DNA from: Polyangiaceae bacterium
Lineage (GTDB): Bacteria; Myxococcota_A; Polyangia; Polyangiales; Polyangiaceae
DNA length: 64,000 bases
Assembly: GCA_050287085.1 (NCBI GenBank)
Contig: JBNKBE010000002.1
Span: forward strand, 96,001 to 160,000
Reading direction: 5' to 3'
Shown one piece after another: positions 36,586-46,636 of the stretch (the first letter of the stretch is position 1; each line of letters begins with the position of its first letter). Position numbers and translations under genes: made by a program. The notes under the pieces are model-generated. The model worked only from the letters and a program-made list of their open reading frames with translations, made no database searches and had not been told where the DNA came from.

Positions 36586-38079
36586 GAAGTCGAACGAGTC
36601 TTGTCCCGTAGCGGGCTTCTGATCCGGGTTGGCAGCTCTGGGGGGCGGAGGCGCTGCCGGCCGCTGCGCGGGCCCGGCGGCGCCGTGTTGCTCGGCACCG
36701 GAGCCGTTGGCGCTTATACCTGGCTGCGATTGCACCGGGGGGGAAGCTTTCGCCGGCGCGGCCGATGCTGATGCCGGGGGCGGGGCCTCGCTGGGGGCCG
36801 TCAGCGCCGACGCTCCATCGGTGCTCAGTTCTGAGGTCGGCTCGCCTGCGGGTCGAAGCGAGGGCTGATCTTCGGTCAGATGGGGGGGCGTGCCGGCCCT
36901 GGGCTCGGAGGCCTGGCTTCCGAGACTCGAACCGAGCCACCACCCTACAGCCCCGATGGCGAAGCCCAGAGCCGTCAGACCGTAGGTCCAGCGCCGGCGC
37001 TGGTTGGTTCGGGCCCAAGCGATGCGTATGGAAGAGAACGAACGCATCGACAGGCGTTCTTCGATGTCATCGAAGTCGTCTTCGCTATCGCCCGCAGGGA
37101 TGGAGTTGTCCGCGGGCGGGACCGGCGTTGGAGGCGGCCGCGGCACCCAACTCGTCCTGAGCGTCCGCCCGCTAAGATCGTCAACGACGCCACGCGACTC
37201 GAGCCAGCCGGCGAGCACTTCGCCGAGTTCCCGCGCGCTTTGCCAACGCAACAGGCGGTCCTTTTCGAGACCCTTCTTGACGACCTCCCACAACTCCGGT
37301 TCGTCTATCCCAAACTCGGAGAAGCTCTTGGGGGTGTCCTGGATGATGGACCACATCACCGCGTTGTACACTTCCCCGTGGAAGGGGAGCTCACCGGTGA
37401 CGCACTCGTAGACGACGGTCATCAGCGCGAACAAATCACTGCGCGCATCGAGGTCTTGGTCTCCGCGCGCCTGCTCGGGCGACATGTAGCTGGGAGTTCC
37501 GACGACCACGCCGACCTGGGTCAGCTTCGGATCCTTGACGTCGGCACTGTTGAACTTCGCAATCCCGAAGTCTAGCAGCTTGGGCTGACATCCATTCTCC
37601 GATGAGGCGATCATGATGTTGTCGGGTTTCAGATCCCGGTGCACGATGCCTTCGTGGTGTGCCGCGTCCAGAGCGTCGACCACGGGGAGAAGCGTTCGAA
37701 CTACGTCAATCGCGCTGAGCCGACCCTCTTTGCGCAGCTGCTGAGCGAGGCTTTCACCTTTGAGCAGCTCCATGACGATGAAGCGATCGTCTTGCGCCGT
37801 GTGTCCGAAGTCGAACACTCGTACAATGGCCGGGTGCCCGAGTCGTGCGATGGAACGGGCTTCACTCAGCAGTCGTTCACCAATCGTCGCGTCTTCGAGA
37901 TCGCTCCGGATGAGCTTGATGGCCACCTCGGCCGTCAGATCGATGTTCTCAGCAACCCAGACCCAACTGGTCCCGCCTTCGCCGAGCAGGTGCAGCAGGC
38001 GGTACTTGCCGCTAATGAGCTCCCCCTCGCTGTACTTGGAGCGAGCTGAGTTACCTGGGGATGTGTCGGACGCGGCCAT
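36577..38079 (-). CDS. Hanks-type Ser/Thr protein kinase with one TM and a Pro/Ala-rich C-terminal tail
   Basis: LGEGG, VAIKL, HRDLKPDN, DFGIAK, GTPSYMSPEQ, TM YGLTALGFAIGAVGWWLG, ending in SFDFGF. Confidence 0.95.
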   Translation of the reverse strand: MAASDTSPGNSARSKYSEGELISGKYRLLHLLGEGGTSWVWVAENIDLTAEVAIKLIRSDLEDATIGERLLSEARSIARLGHPAIVRVFDFGHTAQDDRFIVMELLKGESLAQQLRKEGRLSAIDVVRTLLPVVDALDAAHHEGIVHRDLKPDNIMIASSENGCQPKLLDFGIAKFNSADVKDPKLTQVGVVVGTPSYMSPEQARGDQDLDARSDLFALMTVVYECVTGELPFHGEVYNAVMWSIIQDTPKSFSEFGIDEPELWEVVKKGLEKDRLLRWQSARELGEVLAGWLESRGVVDDLSGRTLRTSWVPRPPPTPVPPADNSIPAGDSEDDFDDIEERLSMRSFSSIRIAWARTNQRRRWTYGLTALGFAIGAVGWWLGSSLGSQASEPRAGTPPHLTEDQPSLRPAGEPTSELSTDGASALTAPSEAPPPASASAAPAKASPPVQSQPGISANGSGAEQHGAAGPAQRPAAPPPPRAANPDQKPATGQDSFDFGF

Positions 38080-38485
38080 ACGGGCGGTTCTACGGGCGGA
38101 AGCGGAACGGTGAAGCGGGCGCGGGAAATGAGATCTGGAAGGTGTCGAAGTCGTTTTCTTGACGGGCCATTGGAAGGCGAGACGGAGCTGCGACCAGCGT
38201 GGCCGGATTGACCCCTACGACACGGCTGAACAAGGCTCAAGCCCGCCAGCCCGGACCGTTCACGAAGAGCGACCTGGGGACAATGTTTCCCACCACATGT
38301 CGCACAATATCAGCGCGTAGGCTACCTCACAAGCCCTCGCTGAGCTGCTTCGGATTACGTTTGTGACCTGTTTTCAGCGCCACCACCCGTTCCATTTCAA
38401 GTCGCGACGTTCCGATTGGAAACGGTGTGCTTTGCGACCAGAAGCGCGACTCTTTCCTCCGTCGCTTGAGCTGTTTTGGGGGCGC

Positions 38486-40351
38486 TCAGGCGTCGTTCTG
38501 AGCGAGCAACTTGGCCTGGGCTTGGAGCAGTTCGAGCTCAAGATCGGTATCCCCCTCGAGAACCGCTTGCCGAAGCTGCTGCACCAGTTCCCCTTTGGCG
38601 CGTCGCAGCTCCTGCCTTCGCAGCTTTCGGAGGTTGGTGACGACGACCTGGAGGGCCGACGCAGGTGTTTCATGCCGCGGGGCGGCGAGGTGCCTGGCGA
38701 CCAGACTCCTCAGCGGCTCCCTCAGGCCTTCGAGTTCCGCGCTCAGCGGCAAGCTTCTCGATAGCTGTGCAATATCGAGGGCGAGTTTGCCGCTGGCGAA
38801 TGCGAGGAGGTTGATGACCTCGGTTTCCTCGAGGACCTGCGGGTACTCCACCAGCGCCCCGAGGATGTCGTCGTCGATGGCGGAGCGGCTGACCACCGAG
38901 CGCGCGCTTTCCGGCGGACGCACGGCGATTTGGGGCGGGGCCGGGCGGGCCGCGCCGGCGATCGCGCGCTGCAGCGCTTGGAAACTGCGCACGTCGCGGA
39001 TCCCCAGGCGCGAAGCGATGATATCGGCCTGAGATTGAGCTAGGGCCCGAGTCGTGGGATCCTCTTCGCTGCGCAGCAAGTCGACCACCTGCTGGATTTT
39101 GCGAGCCTGGGCCTGGGGATCGTCCGACTTGAATCCTTCGTCGAGCGTGGAAGCGATCAGGTATTCCAGCATGCCCTGGGCGCTTTGAACGCACGCTCGA
39201 ACGGCCTCGATACCGCGTGTCTTGGCGAGATCGTCCGGATCGACCCCGCGAGGAAGACTCGCAACACGGGCTGCCAACGCTTCGTCTTCGATGGGCTTGC
39301 GCGCTGCAGCGCTGGCTCGCCGACCCGCCGAATCGCCATCGAATAGGAGGACCACGTTGGCGGAGTAGCGTCGTAGCTCCTGGGCTTGTTCGGGAGTGAA
39401 TGCGGTGCCCAGGGGAGCCGCCACGTTCTTCATGCCGCGCGCGTGCAAGCTGACCACGTCCAGATTGCCCTCCACCAGCACACAGTGGTCTTCCTGGCGT
39501 ATCGCTGTGCGCGCTTGGTAGAGTCCGAATACCACTTGCCGCTTCTTGTAAATGGCGCTTTCTGGGGAGTTGATGTACTTCGCAGGAGGTTCGGCGTCTG
39601 GGTTGAGACTGGGCAGCCCCAATCGCTGCAGCTCCTCGGAGCTCGGCGCTGGCAGCGTTCTCCCACTGAACCCAACGATGCGACCGCGCAGGTCGCAGAC
39701 GGAGAACATCAAACGGTGTCGAAAACGATCGTAGTGTCCACTAGCGCTCTTGCGCGCCGCTAAAAGTCCTAATTCTTCTGCGGCCTTGACGCTGTGTCCA
39801 CCGCGCCGCAGGGCCACTGCCAGGCCATCCCAGCCATGGGGCGCGTAGCCGACGTGGAAGCTTGTTAGGGCGTCCCGGACGTCGGAGTGGGACAGCTCTA
39901 GGCCGCGCCGTTCGAGTTCCGTCCGCGCGTGGTGAGCGAGCTCGTGGGTTTCAAGCATCGCGACGAAGTACTCGGCCGCGGCTTGGTTCAGCGCATAGAG
40001 CGCTTCTCGTCGCTCGCGCGCTTGGGCGTGCTGGCGTTGCTCTTGGGCGCTGCTATCGGTGGTTTCGACGATGTCGATGTTGAGGCTTTGGGCAAGTTCT
40101 CGAATCGCCTCGATGAAAGTGAGTCCCTCGGTTTCCTGAACGAAGCGAATGGCATCGCCGGATGCGCCACATCCAAAGCAGTGGTAGAAGTTTCGCTCTT
40201 CGTTGACGTTGAAGCTCGGCGTCTTCTCCTTGTGAAAAGGACACAACCCCAGAAGATTGCGGCCTCGTCGCTTCAAGCGGACTCGTTCGCCCACGATGTC
40301 CGCGATACGCACGCGATCGCGCACCGTCTGAATCGTCTCATCCGCTATCAC
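38486..40351 (-). CDS. dnaG: DNA primase
   Basis: CPFHKEKTPSF, CFGCG, DRFRHRLMF, KYINSPES, VEGNLDV, FDGDSAG and DPDD. Confidence 0.97.
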   Translation of the reverse strand: MIADETIQTVRDRVRIADIVGERVRLKRRGRNLLGLCPFHKEKTPSFNVNEERNFYHCFGCGASGDAIRFVQETEGLTFIEAIRELAQSLNIDIVETTDSSAQEQRQHAQARERREALYALNQAAAEYFVAMLETHELAHHARTELERRGLELSHSDVRDALTSFHVGYAPHGWDGLAVALRRGGHSVKAAEELGLLAARKSASGHYDRFRHRLMFSVCDLRGRIVGFSGRTLPAPSSEELQRLGLPSLNPDAEPPAKYINSPESAIYKKRQVVFGLYQARTAIRQEDHCVLVEGNLDVVSLHARGMKNVAAPLGTAFTPEQAQELRRYSANVVLLFDGDSAGRRASAAARKPIEDEALAARVASLPRGVDPDDLAKTRGIEAVRACVQSAQGMLEYLIASTLDEGFKSDDPQAQARKIQQVVDLLRSEEDPTTRALAQSQADIIASRLGIRDVRSFQALQRAIAGAARPAPPQIAVRPPESARSVVSRSAIDDDILGALVEYPQVLEETEVINLLAFASGKLALDIAQLSRSLPLSAELEGLREPLRSLVARHLAAPRHETPASALQVVVTNLRKLRRQELRRAKGELVQQLRQAVLEGDTDLELELLQAQAKLLAQNDA

Positions 40352-40398
40352 GTTGTCACTCTGCGCAGACCGGGAGGGGAAGCAAGAGGCCACTCTAA

Positions 40399-42024
<1,626 letters not shown>

Positions 42025-42035
42025 TCGGAGTAGCG

Positions 42036-42533
42036 ATGGCCGGTATGGAGCTTCAAATTATCACTCCTCGGGGAGTACAGCTGACCGAGTCGGTGAGCGA
42101 GTTGACTGCGCCTTCGACGAAAGGTGAATTTGGGATCCTTCCCGGTCATCGGCCTATCGTGGCGTCATTGAAAACCGGAATTGTATCGTTCATTGTTGAC
42201 GGTCAGACGCAACGAGTTGCGGTGGGTCCGGGTTTCGTGGAGTTCAGGGACGACAAGGCAACCTTGCTGACGGATCAGTTCTGCCGCAAAGAAGACGTGG
42301 ACCCGGTCCGCGTACGCTTGGAGTTGAAGGAAGCGGATCAAGCACTCGACGACTACAGTGGCGCACAGGGTGAACCTGAGTTCGTGGCGCTGGTGGCGCG
42401 CGAGCTTTGGGCGGCCGCACAACTTGAGTTGTACGGGGATCCGCCTCCTCCGACGATGGCCACGATCTACGAGTTTCAGGGTGCCGCAGACGTCATGCCG
42501 CGCAAGAAGCAAGAGCCGGATGAGCCTTCTTGA
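42036..42533 (+). CDS. atpC: F1F0 ATP synthase subunit epsilon
   Basis: LQIITP, GEFGILPGH and GPGFVE. It lies directly after atpD. Confidence 0.93.
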   Translation: MAGMELQIITPRGVQLTESVSELTAPSTKGEFGILPGHRPIVASLKTGIVSFIVDGQTQRVAVGPGFVEFRDDKATLLTDQFCRKEDVDPVRVRLELKEADQALDDYSGAQGEPEFVALVARELWAAAQLELYGDPPPPTMATIYEFQGAADVMPRKKQEPDEPS

Positions 42534-42651
42534 GCAGCTAGTCCTCTTGAGCCGTTGGGCTTGTTGACTTTGCTGGCCTTCTTGACCGGCGACAGCGGCA
42601 ACCGCCGAACGTGGATGCGTCGCGGAACGTCGCTGGTCGCCAGCTCTTGAT

Positions 42652-43149
42652 TCATTCGCTTGCTGGTGACTTCGCTTGCTTGCGACTTCGTTCGCGGGCG
42701 TCGTACACCCAGAAGGGTTGATCGAGAAGTGCACGTTCGTCAGGTCCGTCCTCGAGCGTGACTCGGAGGTTCCAAAGGCCTACCGCGTCTCCTGGAAGCA
42801 AGGCTAGCGGCTGATCGAAGTGGATCGTCCCCGGAGCCAGCTTGGTGCGGCCCAGTTCGGTTCGGCGTCCTCTGGGGTCAGCCGTTTTGGTGCGTCCGCG
42901 TGCTCCAGGTTTCGAAAGCTCCCAGCGCAGGGATGCATTGGTTCCGACCGGAGCCTTCAGTGCCAGGCGAAAGCCGAGTCGCTGACGGGTTGCATCAAGG
43001 TCAAACGGCACCTCATGTCGTCGCTGGAGTTGCCCGCCGAAGAACACGCCGAAGGTGGCCTCTTGGGCGTGTTCTTCGCGAGCCTCGGAGTCGCAGCCTG
43101 CGATGCTCGTGCACGCCAGCGCCGTGGTGAGCAGAAGATGCCATCTCAT
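42652..43149 (-). CDS. hypothetical lipoprotein
   Basis: MRWHLLLTTALACTSIAGC lipobox. ATGA overlap with the rsmA stop. Confidence 0.7.
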   Translation of the reverse strand: MRWHLLLTTALACTSIAGCDSEAREEHAQEATFGVFFGGQLQRRHEVPFDLDATRQRLGFRLALKAPVGTNASLRWELSKPGARGRTKTADPRGRRTELGRTKLAPGTIHFDQPLALLPGDAVGLWNLRVTLEDGPDERALLDQPFWVYDARERSRKQAKSPASE

Positions 43150-43982
43150 CCTGGGAGCTCCAGGGCTTCACGCATGCGCTCGAAGTCTTCGGCGCTGAGC
43201 GTTTCACCGCGGGCGTCCAGCGAGATACCTGCGCGCGTCGCGGCGGCTTGCAGCGTCGGGGCGGGGGCGACGCTCTTCCAGGCGTTGCGCAGTGTCTTTC
43301 TGCGCATTCCGAATGCGGCCCGCACCAGGTTTTGGAGTAGCGGCGTTTCTTCAATCCGCTGGAGCCGCGGCGTGAGCACAACCACGGTCGAATCAACGTT
43401 GGGTGCCGGGAGGAATGCACTCCGCTTGATATTGAACGCTCGACGTACATCAAACGCGGCATTTACGAACACGGTCAAGGCGCCGTATTCCGGCGATCCA
43501 ACGGCGGCACATAGACGCTCTGCCACCTCCAGCTGAACTAGGAAGATGGCACGTGTCAGTTCGGCGCTCGCGCGAACGGCCATTTGCAGCAGAGGGCCCG
43601 TCAGTTGGTATGGCAGGTTGCCCGTGACAACGCGTGGAAGTGTCGGATGGGAGAGGGTTTCGATGGGGTCGACCGCTTTGGCATCGGCTTCGATAACCCG
43701 TAGCTGTCCGGATTCGATAGACGGGCGGAAGTGGTTCAGCAAGATGGGAACGAGATCGCGATCTCGTTCCACCGCGCTGACGTGGTGCTGTTCTGTCAAG
43801 AGAGCGTGGGTTAGAGCGCCGAGCCCCGCTCCGATTTCGAGCACCTGGGAAGGTGGACCCACCAAGCGGGCGATCTTGGCCACGAGTGCCGCGTCGCTTA
43901 GAAAATTTTGCCCGAAGCTCTTCTTGGGGTGCAGCCCGTATTCGGTGAGCAGTGCACGCGGGGTCGGAAAGGGAACTTGCAT
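43146..43982 (-). CDS. rsmA: 16S rRNA m6,2A dimethyltransferase KsgA/RsmA
   Basis: KKSFGQNFL, EIGAGLG, NLPY, QLEVAERL, PNVDS and RRKTLRN. Confidence 0.96.
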   Translation of the reverse strand: MQVPFPTPRALLTEYGLHPKKSFGQNFLSDAALVAKIARLVGPPSQVLEIGAGLGALTHALLTEQHHVSAVERDRDLVPILLNHFRPSIESGQLRVIEADAKAVDPIETLSHPTLPRVVTGNLPYQLTGPLLQMAVRASAELTRAIFLVQLEVAERLCAAVGSPEYGALTVFVNAAFDVRRAFNIKRSAFLPAPNVDSTVVVLTPRLQRIEETPLLQNLVRAAFGMRRKTLRNAWKSVAPAPTLQAAATRAGISLDARGETLSAEDFERMREALELPG

Positions 43983-44001
43983 GCGTCGAGCCCTTGTCGC
44001 A

Positions 44002-45573
44002 TCAGTGCTGACCGCTTGCAAGGGGCGGGCGTCGTCGCTTTCGTCCGGTGTTGTTGGGCGTGTCGACTACCACCCCGGCGCGCGCCAGGACTCGTCCTGC
44101 GGAGGCTCGTTTTGCCTGTTCAGACCATTGCGCGGCTCGAAAAAGTGCAGCTTCGCGGCCCGAACTCGGAATGGCACGGGTTGGGGCTTGCGGCATGAAC
44201 CACCAATGCACGCGCAGACGCCGGCGGCGCGCCACGCGCAGCGTTTCGAGCAGGAAAGGGGAGGCAGGGGCGGGAGCCGGGGCGATCACGAAGACGCGCA
44301 CGGGGGTCGCGCGCCGGGCCTCGGCCAGATTGCGTAGGGCCCGCGCAATAGACTGTTGTGCCAGCGGTCCGTCGGCTTCGAGTCTTCCCGCTTCGGGCAA
44401 CCCGAAGGCGTTTGCATAGCGACGGAGGGGCGCCGAGGGGTCGTCGCCAGGGAAAGGCAGAGGCTCGAAGGGGGCCCTCGGCAGCAGTCGCCGCGTGCGC
44501 TCCGTCATGGGCCGAGCGTGGGCAGCGAGCGGCTCGCCCTGGGCTTCCAAGGGGGCGGCGTGTTCTGCCACGAGCGCGGCCAAGTCGCTGCTGTCGTAGC
44601 CACTGCGATCGGAGTCCGCCAGGCCCGACTCGAACGACAACATCTCAAGCAGGCGTTGCCGGTGTCTACTGCCGCGGGCCGGCTTCTCACTGGAGAGTAG
44701 GCGGTGACCCAGCAGTTGCAGACCCACGTGATCCCCTTCGTGAAGCAATAGGTCTAGCAGGCCCGCAGCATGCTGCAGCGCGTAGTCGAGGGGGGCATCT
44801 CCCGACGCCCCCGACCACAACTCAACCGCAGCGCTCACCAGAATCCAGCTCTCGATCTGCTTTTCGAGCTCGAACTCCTTGCTCATCAACTTGCCGCGCC
44901 GAGCGGACGCCTTCCACGCGATGCGACGGAAAGGATCACCCGCGGAGTACTCGCGCAACTCCTTGAGCATGATGTCGCCTCCGTGTTGGCTTGCGGCGGA
45001 TGACTCTGATAGGACGAGTGCGCGTCCCGACGAGCGCACGCTGCGAGCTTGAGCGGGGGCCCCCGCCACGACCTCTAGTCCGAATGGGTTCTGAAACGTG
45101 AGGGGCACCGCGAATAGCCCGGGGCCGGCCTGCACGTTGAGTTGGAGGCCGAACACTCCGTGTCGCCCCACGCGCGTTCCTTCGATGCAGATTTCAATGC
45201 GCAAGCTGCCGCCTGCGGGAACCTCGCCGTTGGGGACAGCAACATGGATCCTGAGGTGCGGTGAATGCAGGACCCGCAGGCCATCGAAGCGAGTCGCGCG
45301 ACTGTCTCGATTGCGCACTTCCGCGTGCACAGTGACCGCATCGCTGACGTAGGCGCGCCGATGACGCTCCGAACCTGCCCACAACATTTCGAGACCCGCC
45401 GTGCGAACTCTCGAAACCGAGTACAACGTCAGGGCTCGAGCCAGTTGTAGTCCGAATAGGATGGACGCAGCCCAGCCAACCCACAAACCACGGCCCAATG
45501 CACCGCCGACCACACACAGGCCGATGCCGACCAAGGTGAGCTGTCGCGTGAGTGCTGTGGGGTGTATACGCAT
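44002..45573 (-). CDS. DUF58 domain protein with N-terminal TM segments
   Basis: LREYSAGDPFRRIAWKASARRGKLMSKEFE. It follows the MoxR ATPase. Confidence 0.88.
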   Translation of the reverse strand: MRIHPTALTRQLTLVGIGLCVVGGALGRGLWVGWAASILFGLQLARALTLYSVSRVRTAGLEMLWAGSERHRRAYVSDAVTVHAEVRNRDSRATRFDGLRVLHSPHLRIHVAVPNGEVPAGGSLRIEICIEGTRVGRHGVFGLQLNVQAGPGLFAVPLTFQNPFGLEVVAGAPAQARSVRSSGRALVLSESSAASQHGGDIMLKELREYSAGDPFRRIAWKASARRGKLMSKEFELEKQIESWILVSAAVELWSGASGDAPLDYALQHAAGLLDLLLHEGDHVGLQLLGHRLLSSEKPARGSRHRQRLLEMLSFESGLADSDRSGYDSSDLAALVAEHAAPLEAQGEPLAAHARPMTERTRRLLPRAPFEPLPFPGDDPSAPLRRYANAFGLPEAGRLEADGPLAQQSIARALRNLAEARRATPVRVFVIAPAPAPASPFLLETLRVARRRRLRVHWWFMPQAPTRAIPSSGREAALFRAAQWSEQAKRASAGRVLARAGVVVDTPNNTGRKRRRPPLASGQH

Positions 45574-45637
45574 AGAGTGCCGCTCAATCGTGCCTGCCCG
45601 AAATCGGGTGTTCGGCGGCCAGCATTGTTCTGGCTTT

Positions 45638-46636
45638 CTATCCCGAGCGACGGCTAGCGAGCGGACGATGGAAGCTCACGCGTTCAAGGGCTTCGTCGAC
45701 GATCTGGTTGCGCTCGTTCGGCGACCCTTCCAGGTCGACGTTGAGGATGAGGCGATGTGCGAGCACGGCACGAGCCACCGCCATTACGTCGTCAGGCGTA
45801 GCATAGGGACGCCCCGCTATCACGGCTGAGGCCCGTGCCGCACGCACCAAACCCAAGGTAGCGCGGGGTGAGCAACCGAGTGCAACCTTGGGGTGTGAGC
45901 GCGTGTAGCGCGTTAGGTTGGCCGCGTATTGCAGCAGGTCCTCCTCGACGTGGATGTGGGCGGCCAGAGTGCGCAGGTGGCGGCATTGTTGGGGGTTCAG
46001 CAGGGGCATCGTCGCAGGGGACGCGACTCCGTGCGCACGCAGCATGGCCACCTCATCCTCGTGGCTTGGATAACCGAGTTCCAGAAAAATGAGGAAGCGA
46101 TCGAGTTGGGCTTCCGGGAGTGGGTAGGTTCCCTCGAGGTCCAGGGGATTCTGGGTAGCCAGTACAAAGAATGGATCGGGCAACGGCAAGCGCTCTCCCT
46201 CGAGAGTGACCTGACGTTCCTGCATGGCTTCGAGCAGTGCTGACTGCGTGCGAGCGGGAGCCCGGTTGATTTCATCGGCGAGGACGACTCCGGCAAAGAG
46301 TGGGCCTCTTCGCAGTGAGAATTGCCCGGTACGCGGATCGAGAACGTACGTCCCGGTGATGTCCTGCGGCAGCAAGTCCGGCGTGAACTGAATGCGCTTC
46401 ATCTCGCAGCCGAGTGCTTGGGAAATCGACTTCACGAGGGTGGTTTTGGCTACACCAGGAACCCCTTCGAGCAGCACATGACCTCCCCCGAGGAGGGCCA
46501 CCATGATGAGGTCGATTGTGGAACTCGGCCCTTTATAGGCTTTGCTGACTTCCGTCTTTATCTTGCTGAGTAGGGCGCGAGCCGCTTGGGCGTCGTCCAG
46601 GCTCACTGGCGCGGGGAATGCGTGGGGTGTATTCAT
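45638..46636 (-). CDS. moxR: MoxR family AAA+ ATPase
   Basis: GVPGVAKT, RIQFTPDLLP, DEINRAPARTQSALLEAMQE, ATQNP, GTYPLPEAQLDRF. ATGA overlap with the upstream gene. Confidence 0.95.
   Translation of the reverse strand: MNTPHAFPAPVSLDDAQAARALLSKIKTEVSKAYKGPSSTIDLIMVALLGGGHVLLEGVPGVAKTTLVKSISQALGCEMKRIQFTPDLLPQDITGTYVLDPRTGQFSLRRGPLFAGVVLADEINRAPARTQSALLEAMQERQVTLEGERLPLPDPFFVLATQNPLDLEGTYPLPEAQLDRFLIFLELGYPSHEDEVAMLRAHGVASPATMPLLNPQQCRHLRTLAAHIHVEEDLLQYAANLTRYTRSHPKVALGCSPRATLGLVRAARASAVIAGRPYATPDDVMAVARAVLAHRLILNVDLEGSPNERNQIVDEALERVSFHRPLASRRSG

Noticed and set aside
37955..37990. Kinase Gly-loop variant GEGGTSWV suggesting a pseudokinase
   Set aside because: The catalytic Lys, HRDLKPDN and DFG are intact, and the third Gly position tolerates Ser.
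38205..38285. 6S RNA call
   Set aside because: There is only a vague 5' resemblance and no complementary 3' arm, so it is not annotated. It is kept only as a check under the intergenic finding.
42476..42655. 59-aa minus-strand ORF (MNQELATSDV...) starting at an ATGA overlap with the lipoprotein stop
   Set aside because: It overlaps the 3' end of atpC on the opposite strand and has no recognisable features, so I cannot support it.
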